Of a DNA stretch of 64,000 nucleotides, positions 20,194 through 28,965 are shown piece after piece. Where the stretch lies: positions 480,001 through 544,000 of the forward strand of contig CAVWFS010000007.1 in assembly GCA_963754315.1 (NCBI GenBank). The letters run 5' to 3'. Made by a program: the position numbers and the translations under genes. Numbering within the stretch: position 1 is the first letter of the stretch; each line of letters begins with the position of its first letter. This DNA comes from an uncultured Candidatus Rokubacteria bacterium. Lineage in GTDB: Bacteria > Methylomirabilota > Methylomirabilia > Rokubacteriales > CSP1-6. The notes under the pieces were generated by a model that saw only the letters and a program-made list of their open reading frames with translations, made no database searches and was not told the DNA's origin.

Positions 20194-22332
20194 TTACAAA
20201 TTGCCGACAGGAGCGGGAGAAGATCTGAGCACCAGCAGGGGGGCAGCCAGGGCCGCACCATTGCTGATGAGCATGGCACTGGCGGGACCGGCGAGGCCCA
20301 GCGAGGCGAGTCCGGCGACCGCCAGGTTTCCGTAGACAGCAAGATCGATCGTCTGTCGGTAGGCCTCGATCGTGGCGCGGCCGAGGTCGAGCGCTCGCAC
20401 AACCTGCTCGAGGCCGCCCCGCAGAAGGACCACGCTGGCCGCCTCCGTGACGACCTCCGCCCCGCCCTGCACGGCGATCCCGACGTTGGCGGCGCGCAAC
20501 GCCAGGGCGTCATTCACCCCGTCGCCCACCATGGCTACGGCCCGCCCCTGGGAACGGAGCTCGCGAATCAGGGCGGCTTTGTCCTCGGGCAGCAAGTCGG
20601 CATGGTATCGTGCAACGCCGAGTTCCCGGGCTACGAAACGGGTCGGTTCCGGGTGATCACCGGACACCATCACGATTTCGCGCGTATCGCGGGCCCGTAG
20701 GGCAAGGATCGCGGCTTCGGCATCGGCCCTCAGCGCATCCTCGAGAAGGATCGCGCCGGCCAGCCGCGTGCCGATCGCGACCAACGTAACCGACCCTCCC
20801 CGCGCGTGCGCCTCGGCTTCGTCGGCAGCGGCTGGTCTCAGATCAATGCCCTGCGACTCCAGAAAGCGTCGGCTTCCGACCAAGATCTTCTCGCCGTCGA
20901 CGGTCACGGCCACGCCCAGACCCACTCGTGTCTCGGGCCCGGACTCCTTCGGGATCACTACGCCGGTACGCTCCGCCTGGCGGACGATCGCGCGCGCGAA
21001 CGGGTGACGGACGGCGCGCTCGGCCGCGGCCGCCAGACCCAAGATCGCGTCCCCTCCGCAGTCGTTGTAGCTGACGATCCGACTGACCTGGGGTTGGCCG
21101 CTGGTAAGGGTTCCGGTCTTATCGAAGACGACCGTGTCGATTCGGGCGAGGCGCTCGAGGACTCCGGGCCCTTTCAGAAGGATGCCCTCCATCACCGCCT
21201 GACGCACCTTGGCGAGAGCGACCGTGGGGATGGCGACACGAGTGGCGGTCCCGTAGTCCGCGACCACGATGGCGAGGCCGGCGTCGATGCTGCGCGAGAC
21301 GGCGGCCCCGACGAGACCGAAGAAAATGGTCCGCCCGACGAGCCGGTTGGCCAGTTCCTGGGCGAAAATCTGGACCTCCGGCTTCTCGCCCGCCGCCCTC
21401 TCGATCGCCTCGATAATGTGTCCGAGTCCGGTGTCCCGTCCGACGCGGTCGACCCTGACCACGATCTCACCGTCCTCCACGGTGGTGCCGGCATACACCT
21501 CGTGGCGGGTCTTTCGCTCGACCGGCAAACCTTCGCCAGTCATGGTGTGCTGGTCGACCAGCGCCTCCCCGCGAATCACGTGACCGTCGACCGGGACTCG
21601 CTCACCCGCCCCGAGCACGACCGTGTCGCCGGCCGCGAGGGCCGCTGCCGAGACGCGCTCCCGGCGCCGGCCCTTTCGCCGCCGCACCGTCTGGTCTGGC
21701 GGAGCGAAGAGGTCGCGCAGCGATCGTCGACTACGAACAACTGTCCGCTCCAGGATCCATTGCCCGATGGCAAAGAGGCCGGTGAGCAGGCTGGCCGCGG
21801 GGTAGTTTCCGCGCACGAGCAGGACAAGGAACGTCACGGCATCCAAGGTGTCTACGTTCAGGCGGGGGCCTGTGCGCAGAGCCTGGCGGAGCCGCGAGAG
21901 GATCGGCAGACCGGACAGCACAACAAGACCAGCGGTGACGCCGGCCGGGACCGGGAGGAGCGACGCTGTGAAGGCGGCGCCGGCCGTCGCCAGATTCAAC
22001 AGCGAGCCGTGGCGAACCCACGCCTGATCGCCGCCGAACGGAGATCCGTCCGCGGCGGCAGGCGTCAGCAGGGGCGGGATTCGTCTCGCGGCTGGCGATC
22101 CGCCCAGCGCCTCCAGCAGCATGGCCTCCGTGCACGCTTGGGGATCGTACTCGACGACCAGGCTCCCGGTGCGTGACCTGAATCGAACGGACCGCACGCC
22201 CGCGACACCCTTGAGTTGTGCCGTCGGAGAGATCGCACGTGGGTAGGCCCGCCCCTCCGCTCCGCGCAAGCGCAGTCGGCCCGGCACGGAATGCGCGATG
22301 CCCCACTCGAGGGCCGGCTTAGTCGTCGCCGT
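20194..22332 (-). CDS. Heavy-metal P1B-type ATPase, FezB/P1B-6-like (start uncertain)
   Basis: N-terminal HSVPGRLRLR HMA2 motif, TGE, TM4 ADYGTATRVAIP (no CPC), DKTGTLT, HP, GDGVNDA and C-terminal ISNGAA. The likely start is at 22332 (ACG, possibly an ATG error) or an upstream ATG. Confidence 0.8.
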   Translation of the reverse strand, partial: TATTKPALEWGIAHSVPGRLRLRGAEGRAYPRAISPTAQLKGVAGVRSVRFRSRTGSLVVEYDPQACTEAMLLEALGGSPAARRIPPLLTPAAADGSPFGGDQAWVRHGSLLNLATAGAAFTASLLPVPAGVTAGLVVLSGLPILSRLRQALRTGPRLNVDTLDAVTFLVLLVRGNYPAASLLTGLFAIGQWILERTVVRSRRSLRDLFAPPDQTVRRRKGRRRERVSAAALAAGDTVVLGAGERVPVDGHVIRGEALVDQHTMTGEGLPVERKTRHEVYAGTTVEDGEIVVRVDRVGRDTGLGHIIEAIERAAGEKPEVQIFAQELANRLVGRTIFFGLVGAAVSRSIDAGLAIVVADYGTATRVAIPTVALAKVRQAVMEGILLKGPGVLERLARIDTVVFDKTGTLTSGQPQVSRIVSYNDCGGDAILGLAAAAERAVRHPFARAIVRQAERTGVVIPKESGPETRVGLGVAVTVDGEKILVGSRRFLESQGIDLRPAAADEAEAHARGGSVTLVAIGTRLAGAILLEDALRADAEAAILALRARDTREIVMVSGDHPEPTRFVARELGVARYHADLLPEDKAALIRELRSQGRAVAMVGDGVNDALALRAANVGIAVQGGAEVVTEAASVVLLRGGLEQVVRALDLGRATIEAYRQTIDLAVYGNLAVAGLASLGLAGPASAMLISNGAALAAPLLVLRSSPAPVGNL

Positions 22333-22825
22333 TGGTCGGGGAAGGCGCGAGGTTGTAGTCGCGGAAGAGCCCATGCGCATACCAGAGAGCGGACGACCAC
22401 GCGAGCGGAGCCACGGCGCCACGTCCGAGCTCGCGCGCCGCCCATGCGAACAGCCCCAGAGGAAAAAGAATGCGCAGGTCGACGAGCCCACGCGTGGCGC
22501 TGGTGACGCGGGCGTCCAGTTCCGCCAGCCCTTGGCCGACAGCCACCGCTAGCGCCGAGGGCTTGGCTACCGCCGGCGCCTGGGGGCGGGCTTGCTCGAT
22601 ATCCAGATCTCCGAGGTGGTCCGTCACGATCTCGAGCACGGCCTCGCTCGAGGTCGCCTGAGTGTCGTAAAGCAGCAGGAGACTACGGGTGCGATGGTTC
22701 CATCGCCACGACAGGAACCCCCCCTGCCCTTCGAGAGCCTTCACGACTTCGCGCGGATCGGCAAGGTCGGGCAGACGGAGACGAAGGCGGCCAGGGATGC
22801 GGTGGAGAATCCGTGATGGTGCCAT
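22319..22825 (-). CDS. HMA2-domain membrane protein, FezC-like
   Basis: HRIPGRLRLR...TRSLLLLYD domain plus the C-terminal TRGLVDLRILFPLGL...WSSALWYA membrane segment. Confidence 0.7.
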   Translation of the reverse strand: MAPSRILHRIPGRLRLRLPDLADPREVVKALEGQGGFLSWRWNHRTRSLLLLYDTQATSSEAVLEIVTDHLGDLDIEQARPQAPAVAKPSALAVAVGQGLAELDARVTSATRGLVDLRILFPLGLFAWAARELGRGAVAPLAWSSALWYAHGLFRDYNLAPSPTNGDD

Positions 22826-22829
22826 GCCG

Positions 22830-23081
22830 CTACTCGGTGGCGACGCCAGCCTCGGCGGCGGCCGCGGCACTGGCCAGCACCTGCTCGCGCTTGGCTCGGG
22901 CCTCGGCCACGAGGTCCTCGATCGTCTCCATCTTTTCCGAGGTAACGCGGACGGCTTCCTCGTACAGGCCCATGCCGGCCGCGGTCAACTCGACCGCGAC
23001 GGGCCGGAAGACTCTTGCGATTGCGGGCAGGACGATGGCCGCGCCCAACCCCAGCAGGAATGACATCGGATGGATGCTCAA
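22830..23081 (-). CDS. Small DUF5132/DUF1490-like protein, FezA-like
   Basis: FLLGLGAAIVLP...RPVA...GMGLYE...ETIEDLVAEARA. TTG start behind a GGGGAGGGG RBS, with a TTGCCA-N17-TACGGT promoter upstream. Confidence 0.7.
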   Translation of the reverse strand: MSIHPMSFLLGLGAAIVLPAIARVFRPVAVELTAAGMGLYEEAVRVTSEKMETIEDLVAEARAKREQVLASAAAAAEAGVATE

Positions 23082-23218
23082 AAGTCCCCTCCCCGGAGCA
23101 CAGGGTGCGCGCTGTACGTGGTGGCTATCCGCTCGACGACCGTACACGCCTTCCCGGTCATTGGCAATTCTCACGCGTGTAGAGGGCCGCCCGCATGTCT
23201 CGGCGGCGAGACCCAATC

Positions 23219-23261
23219 GTTACGATTCCGTGACGACGTTGTCACATGTGCGCGATAGGTT
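23219..23261. promoter_or_regulatory. Pho-box-like triple repeat between the fez-like operon and the ppk remnant
   Basis: GTTACG/GTGACG/GTCACA at 23219, 23230 and 23241, with TAGGTT 9 bp downstream on the plus strand. Confidence 0.55.
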
Positions 23262-23381
23262 CTGGGCGCCGGCGAAAGCCTCCTCATTCGGCGTCAACGA
23301 TCTTACGGCGACGTCGAGGCCCTCGTCCCAATCCCGGCCCGATCGAGGCCGAGATCTGGCTGCTTCCGAGGCCGCCTTCAG

Positions 23382-24118
23382 TCACCGCCCACCGCTGGCT
23401 GCCCGACGGCGCCCGGCGCGGTCCGAAGCTTCCGCCCCGGCGTCGCAGCGCGCCGATGACGTCGCGTCGAGAAACTCCCTGGCTGCGACGAACATGGAGG
23501 CCGAGACGCGATCCAGATGTTGGCGGATAAGCTCGGTGACGCTGACGAACCAGTGGCTGCCGGCCGGCGCTTCGTCCCGAATCTGAAGCCAGGGTCGCAG
23601 ACCAGTGGCGACCTTGACGCGCCCGAAGAGATCGGCGTCGGCGCCTGGTTCGCGGAGGCGACAGGCCCAGGACAACGACAGATTGGAAAGGAACGGTATG
23701 GGGTGGGCGGCATCGACGACTTGGGGGTAAGAGCGGGAGATACGTTCTGCTCGAAGAAGCGCGAGGCCTCCAGACGCTGACGCTCGGTGAGGTCGTTGCA
23801 GCCGAGGATGCGGACACCGTGTGCCTCCAGGGCTGGCATGAGCGAGGCCAGGCAAGCTCGTTGCTGCCCGATCAGGGGGACGATGACGCGGCGCAGATCT
23901 TCCATGAGTCGAGCGTGCGACCCGTTCGACTGCAGACGAAGGGTAGCGATGCGCTTCATGAAAAACTCATCCAGGTTCGACGTGAAGATGCCGAGAAACT
24001 TCAGGCGCTCCAGCAAAGGGGTGCGCTCGTCCTGGGCTTCCGCCAGGACGCGTCGATTGAATTCCAGCCAGCCAAGGTCACGGTCGAACCACAGCTCCTC
24101 GAGAGTCTTCGTCGACAT
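23382..24118 (-). pseudogene. ppk1: Polyphosphate kinase 1 N-terminal fragment (catalytic C-terminal domains absent)
   Basis: DRDLGWLEFNRRVLAEAQDERTPLLERLKFLGIFTSNLDEFFMKR, PALTP, then a frameshift to VDAAHPIPFLSNLSL. Similarity ends after about 220 aa. Confidence 0.8.
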
Positions 24119-24163
24119 GAACGTGCTCCTTCTCCGAAGAACGAGCTGCGACTGTTGCTCCCG

Positions 24164-24195
24164 AATCTACTGCGCAACTGTTACATCGCCGTTAA
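24164..24195 (-). promoter_or_regulatory. Pho-box-like promoter of ppk1
   Basis: TTAACG/GTAACA 11 bp apart, then TAGATT 9 bp downstream. Confidence 0.55.
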
Positions 24196-24499
24196 GGCCG
24201 AGTGCTGACTCCGGACGAAGTGAAAGACGGGGCACCGGCGCTGGAGGCGTGGGGTGCCAAGCCGTCGGGCGTGAAGACCGCGCAGGACGCCCTTTATCGT
24301 CGGGCCCGCTGCAATGGCGCGGCGAGCTGGGCCAGTACGCCGAGGAGATCGAGAAACAAGCCGGGGACGCAGCGGTGCTAGCCCACCGCCACTGGAGAGA
24401 CGACTGAGGCCCCGACGAAGACGCCCCAGAGATGAGAGGGAAAAAAGCGAGTAGGGCGAACCGACGTGAGCGGTTACCCGCGCGCGCCAGGTGGACGAG

Positions 24500-25321
24500 T
24501 CAGGGTCTGCCAACCTCGATGCGGGCCCTCCTCGGGGCTGTCGTAGAGGACGAGGCCCCTGCTCGTGCGGGACGAGCCGGGCCACGGGGATGAGCGTGCT
24601 TGGCATCTCGCCGGGGACGCGAATGCCCAATAGCCGTTTCATCAGCTGCAATACCGGCTGGTGGTGCCCCGGCTGCCGGGCGTCGTGCGGACGACTGGCC
24701 CGGGGCGAGCTTGAGAAAGGGAATCCACACGTCGCGGCAGTATCGGGCGAGACCACGTGCACCCGCCGCACCGACATAGGGATAGTTGATGAGCAGCCGC
24801 CCCGGTCGGCGTTCAAATCCGTCGATGCCGGCCGGGCCATATGGATATCCCGCCCTCCTGAGCAGCCCCACCCACCGCATTCCCCAGTCGTGGAGGCCGA
24901 CCTCATTGCGAAGGAACCGGGCTGGGACTTGACCTCGTCGGATCACACTCGCCCAATCGTAGTCCGGCCGGACAATTGATCCGAGCAGAATGACCCCTCG
25001 GAAGGCGACTGTGTGGGGTTGCTCCGCTAGCGCCCGAGCGACGAGGTGGGATCCCAGACTGTGGGCGATGACCACCGGAATCCCGTGCGCCTCCCGAATT
25101 TGCGCGTAGGCCAGGAGGAACTCCCGCACAAGACGGGTGGCTGCCTTACCCTCGGGCCGAAGGAGAGCGGCCCAGCCCGTCCAGCGCGAGTACCCGAAGC
25201 ACACGGGTGCCGCCTGGGCCTCGATAACGGCCGACCGACAATATGTGACCCAATTCTTCAGTGGGTCTCGCACGAGCGGCAGCCCGTGCACGAACATCAC
25301 CGCAGGCCGCTCGAATTCCAT
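24500..25321 (-). CDS. Alpha/beta-hydrolase-fold protein
   Basis: VMFVHG, VVIAHSLGSH nucleophile elbow, VILLGS. Confidence 0.65.
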   Translation of the reverse strand: MEFERPAVMFVHGLPLVRDPLKNWVTYCRSAVIEAQAAPVCFGYSRWTGWAALLRPEGKAATRLVREFLLAYAQIREAHGIPVVIAHSLGSHLVARALAEQPHTVAFRGVILLGSIVRPDYDWASVIRRGQVPARFLRNEVGLHDWGMRWVGLLRRAGYPYGPAGIDGFERRPGRLLINYPYVGAAGARGLARYCRDVWIPFLKLAPGQSSARRPAAGAPPAGIAADETAIGHSRPRRDAKHAHPRGPARPARAGASSSTTAPRRARIEVGRP

Positions 25322-25363
25322 AAATCACACCTTCTCAGCGGCTCAGGGATCGCCCCGGCGTTG

Positions 25364-26053
25364 CTAGGCGGACTTCGCCGTCGGCCTCGCCCCAGACCGC
25401 TTCGATCGGGCTGCGCGAGCGAGTGGGCGACGTTCAGGCTGGGGGGATCGCGCCAGCGGGCGCCGCGAATTGCCACCGGCCGCTCCAACTTCTCCGAGAG
25501 CCGTCTTGACACCGGCGACGGTCCCGCTGACTGCCCCACGCAAGGTGCGGCCCGCCGTCGATCCGATGCGGTCGACGGCGTGGACGGTTTCCTCCACCGC
25601 GTTGACGGCCAACGAGCCGACCTCACCGCCAATCTCTCGGGTGGCATGGACGGTGGCGCTCGCCGTTCGCCGCGTCAAGGAGCCCACATCAGCCCCCACA
25701 TCCTCGACAACATCAATCGTCGCCGCCGCCGACTTCTGCAGCGCGTCGGAGAGCTGGCCCCCAATCTCTCGAACGGCCTTGAGTGAGCCCTGGACCGTGC
25801 CCTTGGCGAGTCCACCGAGGTCGCCGCCGATGTCGGCGGCGGCCTTCGTGGCGCCCCGAACCGTTGCGACGGCCAGCGAACCGAGACGCCCGCCCACGTC
25901 CTCGACAGTCTCCACGGCGGCCGTCAACGTGCTGTGGGCGAGGTGCACCGCGCCCACGGTCAGGGCCTCGGCCGCGCCCGTCACATCCCGCACTGCTCGG
26001 GTCATGGGTCCACCATCAAGCGCCGGCTTCACCGGCATGATCCTCTCTGCCAT
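25364..26053 (-). CDS. Ala/Gly-rich protein with 22-aa amphipathic helical repeats (copy 2)
   Basis: DIGGDLGGLAKGTVQGSLKAVR / EIGGQLSDALQKSAAATIDVVE / EIGGEVGSLAVNAVEETVHAVD. Same length (229 aa) and architecture as copy 1, with a GGAGG RBS. Confidence 0.75.
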   Translation of the reverse strand: MAERIMPVKPALDGGPMTRAVRDVTGAAEALTVGAVHLAHSTLTAAVETVEDVGGRLGSLAVATVRGATKAAADIGGDLGGLAKGTVQGSLKAVREIGGQLSDALQKSAAATIDVVEDVGADVGSLTRRTASATVHATREIGGEVGSLAVNAVEETVHAVDRIGSTAGRTLRGAVSGTVAGVKTALGEVGAAGGNSRRPLARSPQPERRPLARAARSKRSGARPTAKSA

Positions 26054-26115
26054 CCTGTTCCTCCATAAGTACCTAAAGCATGCGAAACCTGGTTGTCGCT
26101 AGAACGCAACTTGTT

Positions 26116-26147
26116 CGTAACGTTACAACGATGTCACAGGGCGTCAA
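26116..26147 (-). promoter_or_regulatory. Promoter with Pho-box-like repeats upstream of repeat protein 2
   Basis: GTGACA/GTAACG 11 bp apart, overlapping TTGACG-N16-TAACGT. Confidence 0.45.
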
Positions 26148-26347
26148 GTTAAGTTTTTCACGCCCTCCGACGACTAATGCCCCTTTGTGGATGGCGGGAT
26201 TAGATTGTAGAGAGCGTCCTATGAGGGTCATTCTGCAACCCCTCGAGCGTTCCGACACCGACCATCACTTCGCAGTCACCACGCCAGACGGTCTCGTGAA
26301 ACATAGCCTTGCCCATTTTCCCGAGGTCTACCCGTCGCTGGCCGTGA

Positions 26348-26986
26348 TCAGGCCGACGTCGTCGGCAGGAGGTGCTTGCGATCTCCGTGATCGAGGAGGA
26401 GCTGGGCCAGCTGTCTCCTGATCGTGGACAAGGCAAACGGCGCGACAGTCCCCCTCTTGTGCATACCCTGAATCACTGCCGAGGGTTCGAAGTAAGAGGG
26501 GGCGTTCTCCGGCGACAACACGAAGGGGGGCTGCCCGTCGCCCAGCAGGATGTAGCTCATCAGCAGGGCACCGGTCCGGTGATTGCCCTCGATGAAGAGC
26601 TGCGGCGCGCTCAGCATGCGCACGTAGGCGCCCGCCGCCCGGTTCCAGACCGACTCGTTCGCCTGGCCGGCGTGCCACTCGACCAAGTCCCGGATGCCAC
26701 CCTCGCGCTCCTCGTAGAAGCGGCGCTCGCTTGCCTCTCGATGTCGAGCGTACGCCTCCCTTTCGGCAGGATCGGTGCCGCAGAGCACGATGCTGTTCAG
26801 CTCGAGGAGACCTTTGTGGTTCCCCAGGGCAAATATGTCCGTGTCGGAAGCCTGCAGCGCGTCGACGAAAGCATAGCCGGCGATCATGTTCTCCACGACC
26901 TGGTCGCTCATCGGTTCCCGGTGGGCGCTGAGCCGCGTATTGATGGCGTCGAACTCCCCTTGCAGCCGGCGCAGCGACGCTTCCAC
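26348..26986 (-). CDS. Fic/Fido-like protein with a non-canonical motif
   Basis: PQLFIEGNHRTGALL versus canonical HPFxDGNGRxxR. Follows pstS2; the true start may lie slightly upstream. Confidence 0.7.
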   Translation of the reverse strand: MEASLRRLQGEFDAINTRLSAHREPMSDQVVENMIAGYAFVDALQASDTDIFALGNHKGLLELNSIVLCGTDPAEREAYARHREASERRFYEEREGGIRDLVEWHAGQANESVWNRAAGAYVRMLSAPQLFIEGNHRTGALLMSYILLGDGQPPFVLSPENAPSYFEPSAVIQGMHKRGTVAPFALSTIRRQLAQLLLDHGDRKHLLPTTSA

Positions 26987-27036
26987 GGCGGCCAGGTCAA
27001 CACGCCTGGAAGGCGCGCGTCCTGGGCGGGAGCCGA

Positions 27037-28098
27037 TCAGTGGATCTGCTCCAGCGCGGCGAGGGAAAGGGATGCGACCTCGCCGGGCAGCGGGATGTAA
27101 CCGAGAGGGCGGCTAAAGTTCTGGCCTTCGGTGAGGCCCCAGGCCACGAACTTCTTCAGAGCCGCCGCTTTGGCGGGGTCCTGGTAGCGATCGTAAAGGA
27201 GGAGCCAGCTGAACGACACGATGGGATAGGCGTCCTCGCCTTCGGGATCAGGCATGAACAGGCGCAGGTTGGCTGGCATCTGAGTGACGCTATGGGTCAG
27301 CGCCGTCTGTCCGCTCGTCTCGCCGGGGGCGATGAAACGCCCGGCGCGATTCTGCAGCTGGGCCATCGGAAGGCCCAGGCGCTTGGCGAAATGATATTCG
27401 ACATAGCCGATCGACCCCTCGCTCACCTTGATACGGCCGGCCACACCCTCGTTGCCCCGTGCCCGCATGGTATTGCCGGGCCAGCTCAGCACGGTGCCCA
27501 CCCCTGGTCCCTGATCGCGCCACTCCGCGCTGATCGCGCTCAGATGAGACGAGAACGCATAGGTCGTCCCGCTACCGTCCTGACGAACGACCAGCACGAT
27601 GCTCCGGCGGGGTGTGGCAAGGCCAGGGTTATCGGCGCGGATTTTCGGATCGTCCCACGTCTTGATGCGTCCTCTGAAGATGTCCGCGCAGACCGTGCGG
27701 CTGAGCCGAAGATCCCCCCCGAGGCCTGGCAGATTGTAGGCAAGCACGACCATTCCCGCCGTGACAGGCACCAGCTTCGCACCGGGCTTGACCTTGGCCA
27801 GCTGCTCGTCGTTCAGCGCGGCATCGCTGGCGCCAAAGTCGACCCCGTTGGCCAGGAATCGCTTCTGCCCCTCGCCGCTGCCCACTCCATCGTACGTGAT
27901 GGCGACGTCCGGGTTCTGCTGCCGAAAGGTCGCGATCCACTTCTCGTAGAGCGGCGCCGGGAAAGTGGCTCCGGCGCCGCGGACCACCACTTTGGCCCCC
28001 GGCGCCGAGGCTCCGCCGCGGTCTTGTCCGAAGGCTGGCAGCACCATGACCAGCGCGACTGCCGCCGCCAGCATGGCCTGTCTGGTCTGGTGACCCAC
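27037..28098 (-). CDS. pstS: Phosphate ABC transporter substrate-binding protein (second copy)
   Basis: GAGATFPAPLY, GSGEG, DFGASDA, RQDGSGTT, GNEGV, IGYVEY, YPIVSFSW. Confidence 0.93.
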   Translation of the reverse strand: MGHQTRQAMLAAAVALVMVLPAFGQDRGGASAPGAKVVVRGAGATFPAPLYEKWIATFRQQNPDVAITYDGVGSGEGQKRFLANGVDFGASDAALNDEQLAKVKPGAKLVPVTAGMVVLAYNLPGLGGDLRLSRTVCADIFRGRIKTWDDPKIRADNPGLATPRRSIVLVVRQDGSGTTYAFSSHLSAISAEWRDQGPGVGTVLSWPGNTMRARGNEGVAGRIKVSEGSIGYVEYHFAKRLGLPMAQLQNRAGRFIAPGETSGQTALTHSVTQMPANLRLFMPDPEGEDAYPIVSFSWLLLYDRYQDPAKAAALKKFVAWGLTEGQNFSRPLGYIPLPGEVASLSLAALEQIH

Positions 28099-28117
28099 GC
28101 CGTCCGTCTCCTGTCGC

Positions 28118-28951
28118 TCAGCTGAACTGCCCAGTGACGTACTCCTTGGTGAGCTGCTCGCGGGGGTTGTCGAACAGCTCCCGCGTGGGCCCGGACTCCA
28201 CGAGGTACCCTGTCCGACTGCCCTTGGAGATGTCGACCGAGAAGAAGGCCGTGATGTCCGCCACCCGTTGCGCCTGCTGCATGTTGTGGGTGACGATGGC
28301 GATCGTGTAGTTCTGTTTCAGCTGGACCATCAGCTCCTCGATGCGCCGGGTGGCAATCGGATCGAGCGCCGAGCACGGCTCGTCCATCAGGAGCACCGAA
28401 GGCTCGGTGGCCACCGCACGCGCGATGCACAGACGCTGCTGCTGCCCACCCGACAGCGATAACCCACTATTCTTGAGCTTGTCTTTGACCTCATCCCAGA
28501 GGGCAGCCTTCCGTAGCGCCTGCTCGACGCGCTCGGCGACGTTGCCGCGATAGCGGTTCAGACGGAGGCCGAAGGCGACGTTCTCGAAGATGCTCATGGA
28601 GAACGGGTTGGGTTGCTGGAACACCATACCGATGTACCGACGCACCGCCACCGGATCGACCCCCCGCCCGTAGACATCCTGACCGTGGAAGTCGACGCGG
28701 CCCTCGAAGCGGAAGCCAAGGATCAGGTCGTTCATCCGGTTGAGGCTGCGCAGGACCGTGCTCTTCCCGCATCCCGAGGGTCCGATAAAGCCCGTGATCT
28801 TGCCGCGTTCAATCTGCACGTGGCTATCGCGGACGGCCAGGAAGCTTCCGTAGTAGACCTGGCTCAGGTTGCAGTCGATCACCACGCCGGTCGTGGGCAT
28901 CCCCCTCTGCGGGGGCATGCTCGACCCGTTCGCATTCGCCACTGGTTTCAT
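28118..28951 (-). CDS. pstB: Phosphate ABC transporter ATPase
   Basis: [49 protein letters not shown]. Confidence 0.96.
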   Translation of the reverse strand: MKPVANANGSSMPPQRGMPTTGVVIDCNLSQVYYGSFLAVRDSHVQIERGKITGFIGPSGCGKSTVLRSLNRMNDLILGFRFEGRVDFHGQDVYGRGVDPVAVRRYIGMVFQQPNPFSMSIFENVAFGLRLNRYRGNVAERVEQALRKAALWDEVKDKLKNSGLSLSGGQQQRLCIARAVATEPSVLLMDEPCSALDPIATRRIEELMVQLKQNYTIAIVTHNMQQAQRVADITAFFSVDISKGSRTGYLVESGPTRELFDNPREQLTKEYVTGQFS

Positions 28952-28965
28952 CCGTTTCCTCCCAC

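Noticed and set aside
23155..23176. Fur box at the fez-like promoter
   Set aside because: Only a TGAGAAT half-site is present, with no matching inverted half.
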